Part shown: in pieces, positions 10,555 through 21,271 of the stretch
Numbering within the stretch: position 1 is the first letter of the stretch
Layout of the letters: every line of letters starts with the position of its first letter
Origin: Thermoanaerobaculia bacterium
GTDB lineage: Bacteria > Acidobacteriota > Thermoanaerobaculia > Gp7-AA8
Direction of reading: 5' to 3'
Length of the DNA stretch: 64,000 bases
NCBI GenBank assembly: GCA_035999335.1
Contig: DASYGV010000008.1
Location: 3,700 to 67,699, forward strand
Translations under genes and position numbers: made by a program
Notes under the pieces: model-generated
Told to the model about the DNA's origin: nothing
Seen by the model: only the letters and a program-made list of their open reading frames with translations
Databases searched by the model: none

Positions 10555-12582
10555 TCACTCTTGCGGGACCTTTGCAAATCGGATGGTCACGCCGCCGACC
10601 GGGCCGCTGACCTTCGGTTGCGTCAGCGTTCCATGCTCGATGACGTGCGCGACGAGCTCGCGTCCATCCGTCGATCCGCGCACGACCAGGAGCAATCGCT
10701 CCGGCTTGCGCGCCTCGATTCCGTGCAGCACTACCCGTCCACCGACGTCGATTCCACGCACGGCGAGGAGGCAGTATTTCTTGCGCGCCTCCTCGGGCGT
10801 CGTGCACGAGTCATCGCATAGACGCACGTCCGTCTTCACACCCCGGACGTCTTCCGGACGCGCGACGGTGAGTCCTCCACCGATGATGCGCTCGACGCCG
10901 AGCTCCGGCGGCAGGAGCAGCGAGATCTCGAGCTTGCCGCGCAGCTGGGGCGCGGCTTCGAAGACGATCTCGAGCGAGCGGTCGTGGATCATCTCCTGCG
11001 GGTTGACCCAGAAGTCGGCCGCGCCCGGCGCGCCGGGTCCCGGCGGATCGACGAACTCGATGTTCTGCTGGGCGCGGTTGTCGTCCCAGTTCACGGCCGG
11101 CGTGTTCTGTACTGGATCGGCCGGCGGGTGATCGACCCAGGCCACGAGACAGTGGTGCCCCAGCGGTGTGGTCGCCGCGCTCGGCGTCCAGGTGAAGGTC
11201 GTCACTCGCGATCCGCCAACCGCCATGCCTCCAGCACCGACAGTCACGGTCTGACAGCCGATGACTTGTGCCGCGGGCAACGGATGCGTGATGCTGCCCG
11301 AAGGCGGACCCCATCCGAGACAGACCGTGTACACGGTTCCGGCCGCGATGTCGCAGCTCCCCGAGTTGCGCACGGTAACGTCGATCGGATTCGCGTCGCC
11401 GACGCGAATGTTCGCGTCCTGAAACGATGTACCGGGATTCGCGGTGATGTCCGGGCTCTGCCACCACACCGGACCGGCATACGGAATGCCGCCGGGATCG
11501 TCGGAGGCGTCGCGGATCATCAATTCGGTGACGCAGCCGGCGCCGTTCTGCACGCAGGCATGCACGTTCCGCACGGTTGTGTTTCCGGCGAAGTCCGTGG
11601 CCTCGATACTGACCGTGTACGCGCCGTCGGCGACCGCCGTCGTATCCCAGCGGCCAGCCGTATTCGCGGTACCGGCCGCGAAGTTCGTGACGATGCCGTA
11701 GTTCCACGTTGTCGCGCAGTAGTCGGAACTGCTGTCATACGGCGCGAGATTGCTGAATGCGGCGGTACTGAATGCGTTGCCCCCACCGCCGATCGCGAGC
11801 GGCAGCGTCGCGTAGTCGCGTGTATCGACCCAGGCACAGCCAGGTGTCGCGTCCGGACAGGCGCGCCAGCGGAGGTTTCGCGTGAATGCCGTGGTCGCGC
11901 CGGTCAGTGCCGAGCCGGCGTCGTCGCGGTCGCGGATCTGGCCGATGACGTCGACGTTGCCGGAGACGACGATGCAGCCTCCCGAGGACACGGGCGAGAA
12001 CGTGCTCCACGGCATGACGTTGTTCTGCACGAGCGCGATGGACTGGATCAGCGGCGCATTGGGATCGGGGTTCGGCGTGATGTCGGCGAACGGATTGATG
12101 TAGTTCGTCGCGTCGTACAGATCGTAGTGACAGTGGTGGTAATCGCAGCTCCACCGGACGACCTTGGCGATGCGGTCGTTGGCCGCGACCGGGTCGCCGT
12201 TGTTGAAGTTCGTCACGAACGTCGGATCATAGCTGTCGTACTCGAGATGCCAGTAGCGATAGGTAGACCCGTCGTCGCCGTCGACCGTCGCGCCGTTATA
12301 GGCCGTCGCCGGACTGTTACTGTACGAATCAATCGACCCGGCGACGGTCGCGCGCACCCACGGCGCGGCCGCGTTCTCGGTGCCGTCCGCGTTCATCATC
12401 GGGATCGACAGGATGTCGAGGCCGGTGTGCTGGTAGACCCCGCCGAAGTCCTGGAACTCGCCGAAGCTGTTGCCGATCGGATGCTCGCCCGCAGTCGGCT
12501 CGAGAGGCCATCCATGCTGCGCGAGCAGCGGCGCTGCCGTGGACAGCGCGAGAACAAGAACGGAAATCGTCGTGGCTCTCAT
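10555..12582 (-). CDS. secreted M23-like metallopeptidase with Ig/CARDB-like C-terminal domains
   Basis: ORF trimmed to ATG 12582 (GAGGAGG upstream). Signal peptide MRATTISVLVLALSTAAPLLAQ. HTGLDI (HxxxD), YRYWHL and HHCHYD (HxH) match M23 zinc ligands. A later NPIDVTVRNSGSCDIAAG segment is CARDB-like. Confidence 0.65.
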   Translation of the reverse strand: MRATTISVLVLALSTAAPLLAQHGWPLEPTAGEHPIGNSFGEFQDFGGVYQHTGLDILSIPMMNADGTENAAAPWVRATVAGSIDSYSNSPATAYNGATVDGDDGSTYRYWHLEYDSYDPTFVTNFNNGDPVAANDRIAKVVRWSCDYHHCHYDLYDATNYINPFADITPNPDPNAPLIQSIALVQNNVMPWSTFSPVSSGGCIVVSGNVDVIGQIRDRDDAGSALTGATTAFTRNLRWRACPDATPGCAWVDTRDYATLPLAIGGGGNAFSTAAFSNLAPYDSSSDYCATTWNYGIVTNFAAGTANTAGRWDTTAVADGAYTVSIEATDFAGNTTVRNVHACVQNGAGCVTELMIRDASDDPGGIPYAGPVWWQSPDITANPGTSFQDANIRVGDANPIDVTVRNSGSCDIAAGTVYTVCLGWGPPSGSITHPLPAAQVIGCQTVTVGAGGMAVGGSRVTTFTWTPSAATTPLGHHCLVAWVDHPPADPVQNTPAVNWDDNRAQQNIEFVDPPGPGAPGAADFWVNPQEMIHDRSLEIVFEAAPQLRGKLEISLLLPPELGVERIIGGGLTVARPEDVRGVKTDVRLCDDSCTTPEEARKKYCLLAVRGIDVGGRVVLHGIEARKPERLLLVVRGSTDGRELVAHVIEHGTLTQPKVSGPVGGVTIRFAKVPQE

Positions 12583-12592
12583 GTCGTCCTCC

Positions 12593-13753
12593 TCATTGAT
12601 TCGCCGGGCGGCCGACAATCGTCGTTCCGCGAGTGAAACCCACGAAGACACCGCTTCGCCATGTGGTATCGATGCTCGGCTCGCCGGCGATGGCGTCGCC
12701 GAGCTCGAACGTCCTGAGAAACACCGCGCGCCCCTGGGACGTGACGGCCACGATCGTTCCGCGCGGCCATCCCTTGCGCAGCGACTCATCGGCCGGATGA
12801 AGAACGCCGAACACGAACGTCTTCTCGTCGAGATAGTCGGCGTCGAAGATGTAGGACCGCTCGCGCAGCGGAAGGCGCCCCTCCCGGAATCGGGAGGTCG
12901 TCAGATCGAGCTGAAAGTAGCGTCCGCGGTCTCCGATGACGAGTCCGCCGCTTCCCTCGGTTGGCAGGACGAGCTGGTGAACCGGCGTCGGAAACGTAAC
13001 CGCATTTCCCTCACCGCCCGACCGTACGATGACGACCTGGCGGATGTCTTTGGCCGGATTGAGCAACGCCACGGAGCCGCCGCTGGAGATGGCGCCAGAG
13101 CGGTAGCGCCCCTCGCGTGTCCAGAGAAGCTTGCCATCGCCGTTGTATGCCGAGGCGCTCTTACGCCCGAGGAGGAGGAGCGATTTGCCGCTCGGATCGA
13201 CGACGGGGTTGACGTGATCATCGACCAGGACGCTGCCTCGGGGACTGCCATCGCGATCCCAGAACGTAAAAAGGAACGGCGGTTCGGTTCCCTCCCAGTT
13301 CCGGAGCGGGGCCACGGTGACGATGAGATTGCCTCGAAAGCCGAGGATGACTCCGAGGTAGCCGCCCGGCTGTTCTTTCATCGGTCGCAGCGGCACCGCG
13401 CTGCCTTCTGGCAGCGTACGCACTTCGACACCGAACAGGGTTTGCGCGTGCGTGCCCGGAACCAACACGGCATAGAGGCCGCCGCCTGGCGCGAGGACGA
13501 CACGACCCTCGTCACCGCTGCGGTCGGCGATGCGCTCCAGGCGCTCGCCTTTGGACTGGTAGATGCCCGAACGCGTTGCGACATAGATCGTGCCGCCTTC
13601 TTCCTCGACTGCCGCGCGCGTCACCGCACCGCGGTAGTCGCGGCTGGCCTGCCACGAAGCGACGACGGTTCCCGTGAGCCGCTCCTGAGCCTGGGCGTGG
13701 AGTGGGAACACAAACGGAACCAAGAGAATCGTGAGGATTGCTCGTCTCGACAC
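12593..13753 (-). CDS. secreted hypothetical protein (beta-rich, propeller-like)
   Basis: ORF trimmed to GTG 13753, with GAAGGAGG 6-7 nt upstream. Signal peptide ILTILLVPFVFPLHAQAQ. It ends 10 nt before the M23-like gene start. No family recognised. Confidence 0.6.
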   Translation of the reverse strand: MSRRAILTILLVPFVFPLHAQAQERLTGTVVASWQASRDYRGAVTRAAVEEEGGTIYVATRSGIYQSKGERLERIADRSGDEGRVVLAPGGGLYAVLVPGTHAQTLFGVEVRTLPEGSAVPLRPMKEQPGGYLGVILGFRGNLIVTVAPLRNWEGTEPPFLFTFWDRDGSPRGSVLVDDHVNPVVDPSGKSLLLLGRKSASAYNGDGKLLWTREGRYRSGAISSGGSVALLNPAKDIRQVVIVRSGGEGNAVTFPTPVHQLVLPTEGSGGLVIGDRGRYFQLDLTTSRFREGRLPLRERSYIFDADYLDEKTFVFGVLHPADESLRKGWPRGTIVAVTSQGRAVFLRTFELGDAIAGEPSIDTTWRSGVFVGFTRGTTIVGRPANQ

Positions 13754-13837
13754 GAATTGCCTCCTTCGCACTAACGAGTAGTGAAGGATGGAGCTATTTC
13801 GTTACAAGAGAGTGGGAGCGTTGCCGGACGAACGCGT

Positions 13838-15408
13838 TCACCATTTCCGCCGCAGCTCGTTCGCGTGGAAGAGCTGCGCGAGGGCGAGCGATCCCGCGCC
13901 GAAGAGGGCGTACGTCGCGATCACCGTCGGCGTCGCCGTGCCGAACCATCCGGCGAAATCGAGGCTTGGCGAGACGCCGCGATCCTGAGCGGCGATGTAC
14001 CAGAACGACAGGAACGCGACGATGAACGTCTTCGCGTTCGAGCTGAGGATGCCGAGGGCGGTGGAGGCGGCGGCGAGGAAGGCGACGCCGACGAGCAGCG
14101 CGATCGTCATCCGCGGACGCGACAGGATGGCCGAGGCCAGCGGCACGGCCAGGAACGCCAGCGCGACGATCAGCGTCGACGCGAACTTCCACCAGACGAA
14201 CCGTGTGCGCAGGCCGGGCGCGGCGAAGACGAGCGCGGTCGTGCCGGCGCGTTTCTCGCGCGACGCGATGTCCGCGATCGCGATCGCGCAACCGGCGAAT
14301 GCGATCGGCAGCACGCCGGTGAAGAGACTGTTTGCGTTGTTCGCGGCGAGCGTGGCGATCGCGAAGGCGATCATGGCGATTGCAATCAGCGGGAACGCGG
14401 CGATCGTCATCACTGCGTCGGTCACCGCAGCGTTGCCGGAGAACGGCGCGAGCGCGCGCACGAACAGGCGTGCGATCGGTTTGGAGATCAGGTTCAGGCG
14501 TCCGATCCAGCTGCGTCGCGCCTTCTCGTTCGGCACGGCGCGCACGCGCGCCGGATCGAAGCGGTGGAAGAACACGCGCGCGACGCCGAGGAGCGCGATC
14601 GGCCAGAGCGTGGCGACGACGCGCGTGGCGATCCAGTATCCGGTCGCGTGCAGACCCGCAAATGGCATCGTGCCCTTGCTGGCGTCGAACGACGACGCGC
14701 CGATCGAAAGCGAATTCGTGTCGTAGTACACGCGCATCTGCTGGAGCATCACCCCGAATCCGGAAATGTCGAAGAACGGCGCCCAGCTCGCACCGATCCC
14801 TTGCTCCATCAGCGAGGTCACGACGCCCAGCGATGAGACCCACACAAAGAAGTACAGCACGTCGCCGAACTTCGTCCGCAACAGCGGCGTCGATTCAAAG
14901 AGGATCGCGATCGCGGAGACGAATGCGATTGCCGGAGGCACGAGCAGAAGGTACTGCCGCACGAACACGAGCGGCTCCAGCGGCGCCTCGCCGCGCACGA
15001 GCACCATGACCATGGACGTGGCCATGAATCCGCCCATGAACACAGACAGGAAGACCACGTTGCCCGCGAACTTGCCGGCGAGATACTCGCTGCCGCGCAT
15101 CGTCGTCGAGGCGATGACGTAGCCGCAGCGCGTGAGGACGTCGCGCCGCAGCGCATTCGAAATGACGTAGAACCCGAACAGGCCGATGAACATCGTCCCC
15201 AGCATGGCCGTGGCCATGCCGATGGTCGCGGAGTTGTAGAGCGCGCGCCTGCCGCCGATCTGCATCAGCGCGCGGCCGCTCGCCGGATCCGGAATCCAGA
15301 GATACGGAATCGCGGAGAGCAACAAGAACACGACCATCGTCGACGGCCGCCGCAGCCGGATGAGGAAGTCCGCGCGGACGATGGCGGCCAGCCGATGGAG
15401 GCGATCGC

Positions 15409-15412
<4 letters not shown>
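13838..15412 (-). CDS. ABC-2-type transporter permease (large multi-pass)
   Basis: 524 aa with many hydrophobic helices. 4-nt overlap with the upstream ABC ATPase gene. Confidence 0.75.
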
Positions 15413-16140
<728 letters not shown>

Positions 16141-16180
16141 GCGCCCGTATACGAGTCGCGGGAAGGGAAGGTTTATGGGG

Positions 16181-16210
16181 AAAACAAAGGGGCGGCCCGA
16201 AGGCCGCCCC
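16181..16210 (-). terminator. intrinsic terminator after the recombinase gene
   Basis: On the minus strand: GGGGCGGCC-TTCG-GGCCGCCCC followed by TTTGTTTT. Confidence 0.6.
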
Positions 16211-16238
16211 CGTGACGGGCTGAAGCCCATCCTACGCT

Positions 16239-17216
16239 TTACGCTTTTTTCTTGATCAGGAGCCGCGGGTCGTTTGCGTCCGTCACCGGCCGCGCGAGTT
16301 GCGCGGTGCGGTTGCGCTTCTGGATCGGGAGGCGCGTGTAGACCTGCGTCGAGAGGATCGACGCGTGACCGAGGATCTCCTGCACTTCCTTGATGTCCGC
16401 GCCGGAGGAGACGAGCTGCGCCGCCATCGTGTGCCGCAGCGAGTGCGGAGTCACGTGACGTTTGATCTCGGCGAGGCGAACGTGCTTCTTGAAGATGTTC
16501 TCGATCGAGTAGATCGTGAGACGCGTTCCCGAGCGACCGACGAAGAGCGCCGGCGTGGACAGGCCGCGATCGCCGCGGAGCGCGAGGTACTGCTGGATCG
16601 ACGTGAGCAGGTTCTCGGACGACAGCGTCACAGCGCGACCACGCGTGGCGCGGCCGGTGATGTGGACCGACTGCCTGTCGATGTCGACGTCGGAAACGTT
16701 CAACGCAACGAGCTCGCCGATGCGGATGCCCGTCGAGAAGAGGAGCTCGAGGATGAGATCGTCGCGGACGGCGCAGAAGTAGCGGTTGCGGCTTCCGGCG
16801 GAGTGATCGCGAGCGACAGCTAGCTCTTCGACCTGCTCTTTCGGAGCGGCGAGCAGCGCGCGGACTTCGCGATTCGAAAGGACGGTCGGAACGCGGTTCT
16901 CGACCGGTTTCTTGATCTTCAGCTTGCGCGCCGGCGACTCTTCGACGATGCCCTGCTCTTCGAGAAAGCGGAAGAAGACCTTCAGCGCGGCCACCTTGCG
17001 GCGGATCGACGTGTCGCGGTACGGACCGTCGCCGAGCTTGTCGAGATACGTCTCGAGGTGATCGGAAGTGATGGTCGCGGCCGGAACGTCGCTCATGTGC
17101 ACGTGAAACTGCGCAAGATCCGACTGATAGGCGCGCACGGTCCGGTCGGACAAATTGCGCACGGTCTGTCCATGCTCGAGGAATTGGGCTATTGCCTGCT
17201 GCACGTTCATAGTCAA
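16239..17216 (-). CDS. tyrosine site-specific recombinase, XerC/XerD family
   Basis: N-terminal SAM-like domain (RTVRAYQSDLAQF). Catalytic region has ELLFSTGIRIGELVAL, TPHSLRHTMAAQL and LGHASILSTQVYTRL. Confidence 0.85.
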   Translation of the reverse strand: MTMNVQQAIAQFLEHGQTVRNLSDRTVRAYQSDLAQFHVHMSDVPAATITSDHLETYLDKLGDGPYRDTSIRRKVAALKVFFRFLEEQGIVEESPARKLKIKKPVENRVPTVLSNREVRALLAAPKEQVEELAVARDHSAGSRNRYFCAVRDDLILELLFSTGIRIGELVALNVSDVDIDRQSVHITGRATRGRAVTLSSENLLTSIQQYLALRGDRGLSTPALFVGRSGTRLTIYSIENIFKKHVRLAEIKRHVTPHSLRHTMAAQLVSSGADIKEVQEILGHASILSTQVYTRLPIQKRNRTAQLARPVTDANDPRLLIKKKA

Positions 17217-17324
17217 GTCGCTTTACACCGATATTTGGAGGTTCGGGGCCGACTCGCAGTCTACGCGGCGGTCCCTGTTTGTCAACACTTATTTGCGTCC
17301 TTCAAGGGTGCACTTTACGCGAGA

Positions 17325-17708
17325 ATGTGTGATGTGCGCGGCCTTCGACTCTATGTCCGCCCCATCGACTCCGCCGACGCCTCGGCGGTGACAGCGTTTT
17401 ACGAGCTGAACCGTCCCGACGAACCGTTGCCCCCGGCATGGGGTCTGCTGGGGAAGCTCCTCGGCGACATCGTCGCCGTCGTGGCGCTCGAGATCACCGA
17501 GGACGCGCTCCGGGTCGACGACATCGTCGTGGCGCGAGAGCTGCGGAGGAAGTGGATCGGCCGCGCGATGATGCGCGAGGTCGAACAGCTCGCGGCGAAG
17601 TTCGAGCGCGGCCGGGTGATCGTCGACGACGCCGGCGACGCGGACGAGTTCTTCCGGCGCGTGGGGTTTGAAAACAAGGGGAGCCAATGGGTCAGGGTCG
17701 TGTCGTAA
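17325..17708 (+). CDS. small GNAT-family N-acetyltransferase
   Basis: ORF 17058..17708 trimmed to ATG 17325. VVARELRRKWIGRAMM resembles the acetyl-CoA-binding beta4-alpha3 loop. Short at 127 aa. Confidence 0.55.
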   Translation: MCDVRGLRLYVRPIDSADASAVTAFYELNRPDEPLPPAWGLLGKLLGDIVAVVALEITEDALRVDDIVVARELRRKWIGRAMMREVEQLAAKFERGRVIVDDAGDADEFFRRVGFENKGSQWVRVVS

Positions 17709-19723
17709 CGGGTGTGGTGGTGGTGATGGTGTGGTGCGCGGCGTGCTCGACACCGCCCGACGCTCCTCTTCCGGCGGTGGCTCCTCGTGCGCTGGTTGAA
17801 GAAACAACTCCCGAGCCCGAGCCCTCGCCTGCCGAGCTCGCGCGCCGCGGGCTCGAACTTCTCGAGAAGAAGCAGTGGGACGACGCGGTCGCGACGCTCA
17901 CCGAAGCGGCCGATGCGTATCCCGAAGTCGCGCCGTTCCTTCGATTGCGTATCGCGGAGGCTGAGGCGGCGCGCGGAAACGTGCAAAGCGCAGCGACGAT
18001 CCTGTCGGAGGTCGTCGCCATCAGCGACACCTCCGCGGCGACGGTCGCGCGTCTTCGGCTCCCCGCGCTCTACGAGCAACTCGGCGATGCGGCGTCGACC
18101 GACGCGGCGTGGCAGCAGACGAATCCAATCGCGATCGATGAGCTGACCGAGGCCGACTTCGTGAGCATGGCTACCGCGCTGGCGAAGGCGGGACGCACCG
18201 ACCTCGCGATGAGGACGCGCGTGCGGCTCCTCACGACGTACACGCAGGGCCGCTACACGGAGCAGACATTCGACTTCCTGAAAGACGAGCTTGCGAAGTT
18301 GCCGGCGAGCGAGAAGGTCGCACTTGCCGCGAAGCTGGCGCGCTCCGATCGCTACGATCAGGCGCTGGCGCTCCTTCCGGCGGATGCACCGGAAGCGCGC
18401 GCGACGCGCATTCGCGCGCTCTTCAACTCGCGGAACTACACGACACTGCTCGCCGAGACCGAGGGCGTGAAGCTCGGCGATTCCGCGCTCATGCTGTTGC
18501 GTGCGCGGGCCGCGTGGCGCAGCAACAACCCGCAGGTGTTCCTCGCCGGACTCGACGCGCTCGAAAGAGAGTTCCCCGCGAGCAGGGACGCGGTCGAGGC
18601 GAAGATCCAGCGCGCGAAGTACTACACGACCGATTCGCCGGACTACGCGCGCGCCGTCGAGAACCTCACCAAAGCGATCGACGCCGGCGCCTCCGACGAG
18701 AACCTCTGGACCCTCGGCTGGATCTACGTGCTCTGGGGACGCGAGGACGACGCGCTGAAGACGTTCGACCGCTACATCAGCACGTACGCGGACGGCGACT
18801 GGAAAACGAATTCGCTGTTCTGGTCCGCGAAGCTCTTCGATCGACGCGGCCGCACGGCGGAGCGCGACGCGAAAGTCGCGCAGCTCGTCTTGGAGTATCC
18901 GCACAGCTACTACGCGTATCGCGCGAAGGAGCTTTGGAGCACGGGCAACGGGCAACGGGCAACGGGCAACGTCTTTCCCGACCTCGAAGCCGAGCTCGCG
19001 AAAATCACCGAGCCGCGCTTCGCCACCGTCCGCGAGCTCCAGTCGATCGGCCTCGATCGCGCCGCCGCGCGTGAGATGAAAGAGCTCGCCGCGAAGTACG
19101 AGGACAATGCAGGCGTGCAGTTCATGCTCGCGGACGTCTACGTCCGCGGCGGCGAGCCGTTCAAGGCGAACGGCGTGCTGCAACGCCGCTTCCGCCAGTT
19201 TGTGCGCCACGGTGGCGAGAACATCCCGCGGCGTTTCTGGGAGATCCTCTTTCCTCTCGCCTACTGGGAGACGATCCGCGAGGAGGCGGAGCGCCGCGGC
19301 CACGATCCGTATCTCATCGCGTCGATCATCCGCCAGGAGAGCGGCTTCGAGCCGACGACGGTCTCGAATGCCGGCGCGGTCGGCCTCATGCAGATCATGC
19401 CCGAGGAGGCGTCGCGCATCGGGACGGCCGGAGGCCTCGGCGAGATCGCCCGCGAGGACCTGTTCGATCCGCAAAAAAACATCGCCCTCGGCGCCGCCGA
19501 GTACTCGCAGAAGCTGGCGACGATGAGCGACAACCCGATCCTTGCGATCGCCGCGTACAACGCCGGCGAGACCGCGGTGCGCGAGTGGATCGTGCGCACG
19601 TCGCCCGACGATGCGGACCTCTTCATCGAGTCGATCCCCTACGCCGAGACGCGGCTGTACGTGAAGACGGTGACGCGCAATCGCCACGAATACCATCGAA
19701 TTTACGAGCGATCGGGCGGATAA
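17687..19723 (+). CDS. soluble lytic murein transglycosylase (Slt70-like)
   Basis: C-terminal SLT domain: IIRQESGFEP, VGLMQIMP, AAYNAGETAVREW. The N-terminal region has helical repeats and a Cys-containing signal-like start (VWCAACS). Confidence 0.85.
   Translation: MGQGRVVTGVVVVMVWCAACSTPPDAPLPAVAPRALVEETTPEPEPSPAELARRGLELLEKKQWDDAVATLTEAADAYPEVAPFLRLRIAEAEAARGNVQSAATILSEVVAISDTSAATVARLRLPALYEQLGDAASTDAAWQQTNPIAIDELTEADFVSMATALAKAGRTDLAMRTRVRLLTTYTQGRYTEQTFDFLKDELAKLPASEKVALAAKLARSDRYDQALALLPADAPEARATRIRALFNSRNYTTLLAETEGVKLGDSALMLLRARAAWRSNNPQVFLAGLDALEREFPASRDAVEAKIQRAKYYTTDSPDYARAVENLTKAIDAGASDENLWTLGWIYVLWGREDDALKTFDRYISTYADGDWKTNSLFWSAKLFDRRGRTAERDAKVAQLVLEYPHSYYAYRAKELWSTGNGQRATGNVFPDLEAELAKITEPRFATVRELQSIGLDRAAAREMKELAAKYEDNAGVQFMLADVYVRGGEPFKANGVLQRRFRQFVRHGGENIPRRFWEILFPLAYWETIREEAERRGHDPYLIASIIRQESGFEPTTVSNAGAVGLMQIMPEEASRIGTAGGLGEIAREDLFDPQKNIALGAAEYSQKLATMSDNPILAIAAYNAGETAVREWIVRTSPDDADLFIESIPYAETRLYVKTVTRNRHEYHRIYERSGG
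18941..18970 (+). repeat. tandem heptanucleotide repeat (ACGGGCA x4.3) inside the slt coding sequence
   Basis: acgggca acgggca acgggca acgggca ac read directly from the sequence; it encodes TGNGQRATGN. Confidence 0.9.
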
Positions 19724-19852
19724 GCCCTATCATTCTGCCTACAACAAACAAGCTGGGGGAGTGTCCTGTCGGGGGACTTGGCACGCCCATTGGACAACCG
19801 CACGCCATGACCGACTAATCAGGTAGGAGTCGATCCCGATCGGGGCGTAACC

Positions 19853-21271
19853 ATGAACGCAATACCGCAGTCCTCGGCGAGCAAGCAACAACGCAACAGC
19901 GTTCTGACCCTCTCCGCGATCCTCACCCTCCTCATCACGACCCAGGCCGCCGCCGCGACACAGCTCTTACTCAAGCGCGGCGATCACAATCATCCCGCGA
20001 CCGAATACACCGGCATCGTCGATCTGCTCATCGATCCCGAAATCGAGAACGCGAAGGTCACGGTGACGGTCGACGGGCAGAAGGTCGCAACGAATCTCCT
20101 CGCGCCGTACCGCGTCAGCGTGGACTTCGGCCTGATGCCGGTGCAACACAAGATCACGATCACTGCCACGGCGGCGAAAGGAAAGCGCACGCAGTGGACG
20201 GAGACGATCAACCAGGGCAACCTCCCGCTCGCGGTGAAACTCAGGCAGATCGACGCGCGCACGTTCGTGGCCGAGACCACGTCGCCGAACGACGACCCGA
20301 TCGAGATCGTGCAGCTCTGGGACAACGGCCAGGCCGTCGCCTCGGACAGCGAGGCGCCGTATCGCTTCGAAGTTCCCGACTCGCTTCTCGCCGACGGCTT
20401 CGTGCAGGTGACGGCGAAAACGAAATCGGGCGAAGAAGCCGCGGACTTCTGGTCGCAAACCGGGAGCATCGTCGCCGAGGAGATGCAGGTCCGCACGATT
20501 CCGATCTTCGTTTCCGTCGTCGACCGCAACGGCAACACGCGCGACGACATCGATCGCTCGCAGTTCCGAATCATCGACAACGAGTCCGAGGCGACGATCG
20601 TCGAGTTCGGCAAAGCGTTCGATCAGCCGATCTCCATCGCGTTGCTCCTCGACGCCTCGGCGAGCATGACCTATTCGATGACGCATGCCGCGAAGGCGGC
20701 CGCCGAGTTCGTCGACAAGGCCTTGAAGGATGGAGACCGCTGCAGCGTCACCGCCATCCAGGACGTCCCGCGCCGCAAGCAGACGCTGTCCGCCGATCGC
20801 ATGGAGATCGCGACCGCGGTGCGCGGCATCCAACCCAGGGGACGCACCGCGCTGTTCGACGCCGTCATCAGCGCGATCCGCGAGCTGCGGGATGAGAAGA
20901 ACCGCCGCGCGATCGTCATCCTCACCGACGGCAGCGACACCGGCTCGAACTATTCGTACGACGACGTGCACAAAATGGCGCGCGAGGCCGGCATCCCGAT
21001 CTACTTCATCGTCTACGAGGGCGGCGCGGAACCGCGGGATCTCGAGCGGCTGCGCTACCTTGCCGGGGAGACGGGCGGGTTCGTCGCGACCGCCACGCAA
21101 CAGAACCTGATGGCGAAGTACGAGGCCATCGAGAAGGACCTGCGCGCGCAGTTCGCGATCAAGTACCAGGTGTCGGACTTCGGGAAGTCGAACCAGTACC
21201 GCCGCGTGCGGGTGGTGTTGGACTCTCCGAAGCTGACGGCGCGTACGATCAAGGGCTACTTCACGCCATAG
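19853..21271 (+). CDS. secreted VWA-domain protein
   Basis: Signal peptide (LTLSAILTLLITTQAAAA). LLLDASASM (DxSxS MIDAS) and ILTDGSDTGS. Confidence 0.8.
   Translation: MNAIPQSSASKQQRNSVLTLSAILTLLITTQAAAATQLLLKRGDHNHPATEYTGIVDLLIDPEIENAKVTVTVDGQKVATNLLAPYRVSVDFGLMPVQHKITITATAAKGKRTQWTETINQGNLPLAVKLRQIDARTFVAETTSPNDDPIEIVQLWDNGQAVASDSEAPYRFEVPDSLLADGFVQVTAKTKSGEEAADFWSQTGSIVAEEMQVRTIPIFVSVVDRNGNTRDDIDRSQFRIIDNESEATIVEFGKAFDQPISIALLLDASASMTYSMTHAAKAAAEFVDKALKDGDRCSVTAIQDVPRRKQTLSADRMEIATAVRGIQPRGRTALFDAVISAIRELRDEKNRRAIVILTDGSDTGSNYSYDDVHKMAREAGIPIYFIVYEGGAEPRDLERLRYLAGETGGFVATATQQNLMAKYEAIEKDLRAQFAIKYQVSDFGKSNQYRRVRVVLDSPKLTARTIKGYFTP

Noticed and set aside
13781-14836. Plus-strand ORFs of 351 aa and others over the permease gene
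   Set aside because: Arg/Glu/Asp-rich shadows. The minus strand encodes a coherent multi-helix membrane protein that is translationally coupled to an ABC ATPase.
16239-17216. Xer-family recombinase as the integrase of the 10.4-14.0 kb cassette
   Set aside because: It lies outside the duplicated 129-bp bracket and is separated from it by the ABC transporter genes. It also has the typical XerC/XerD length and motifs, so a chromosome-dimer-resolution role is the more economical reading. The link was left as a remark only.
17399-19696. 765-aa minus-strand ORF antisense to the lytic transglycosylase gene
   Set aside because: Shadow ORF with a composition-driven R/A/G/E-rich sequence. The + strand frame carries the SLT catalytic motifs.
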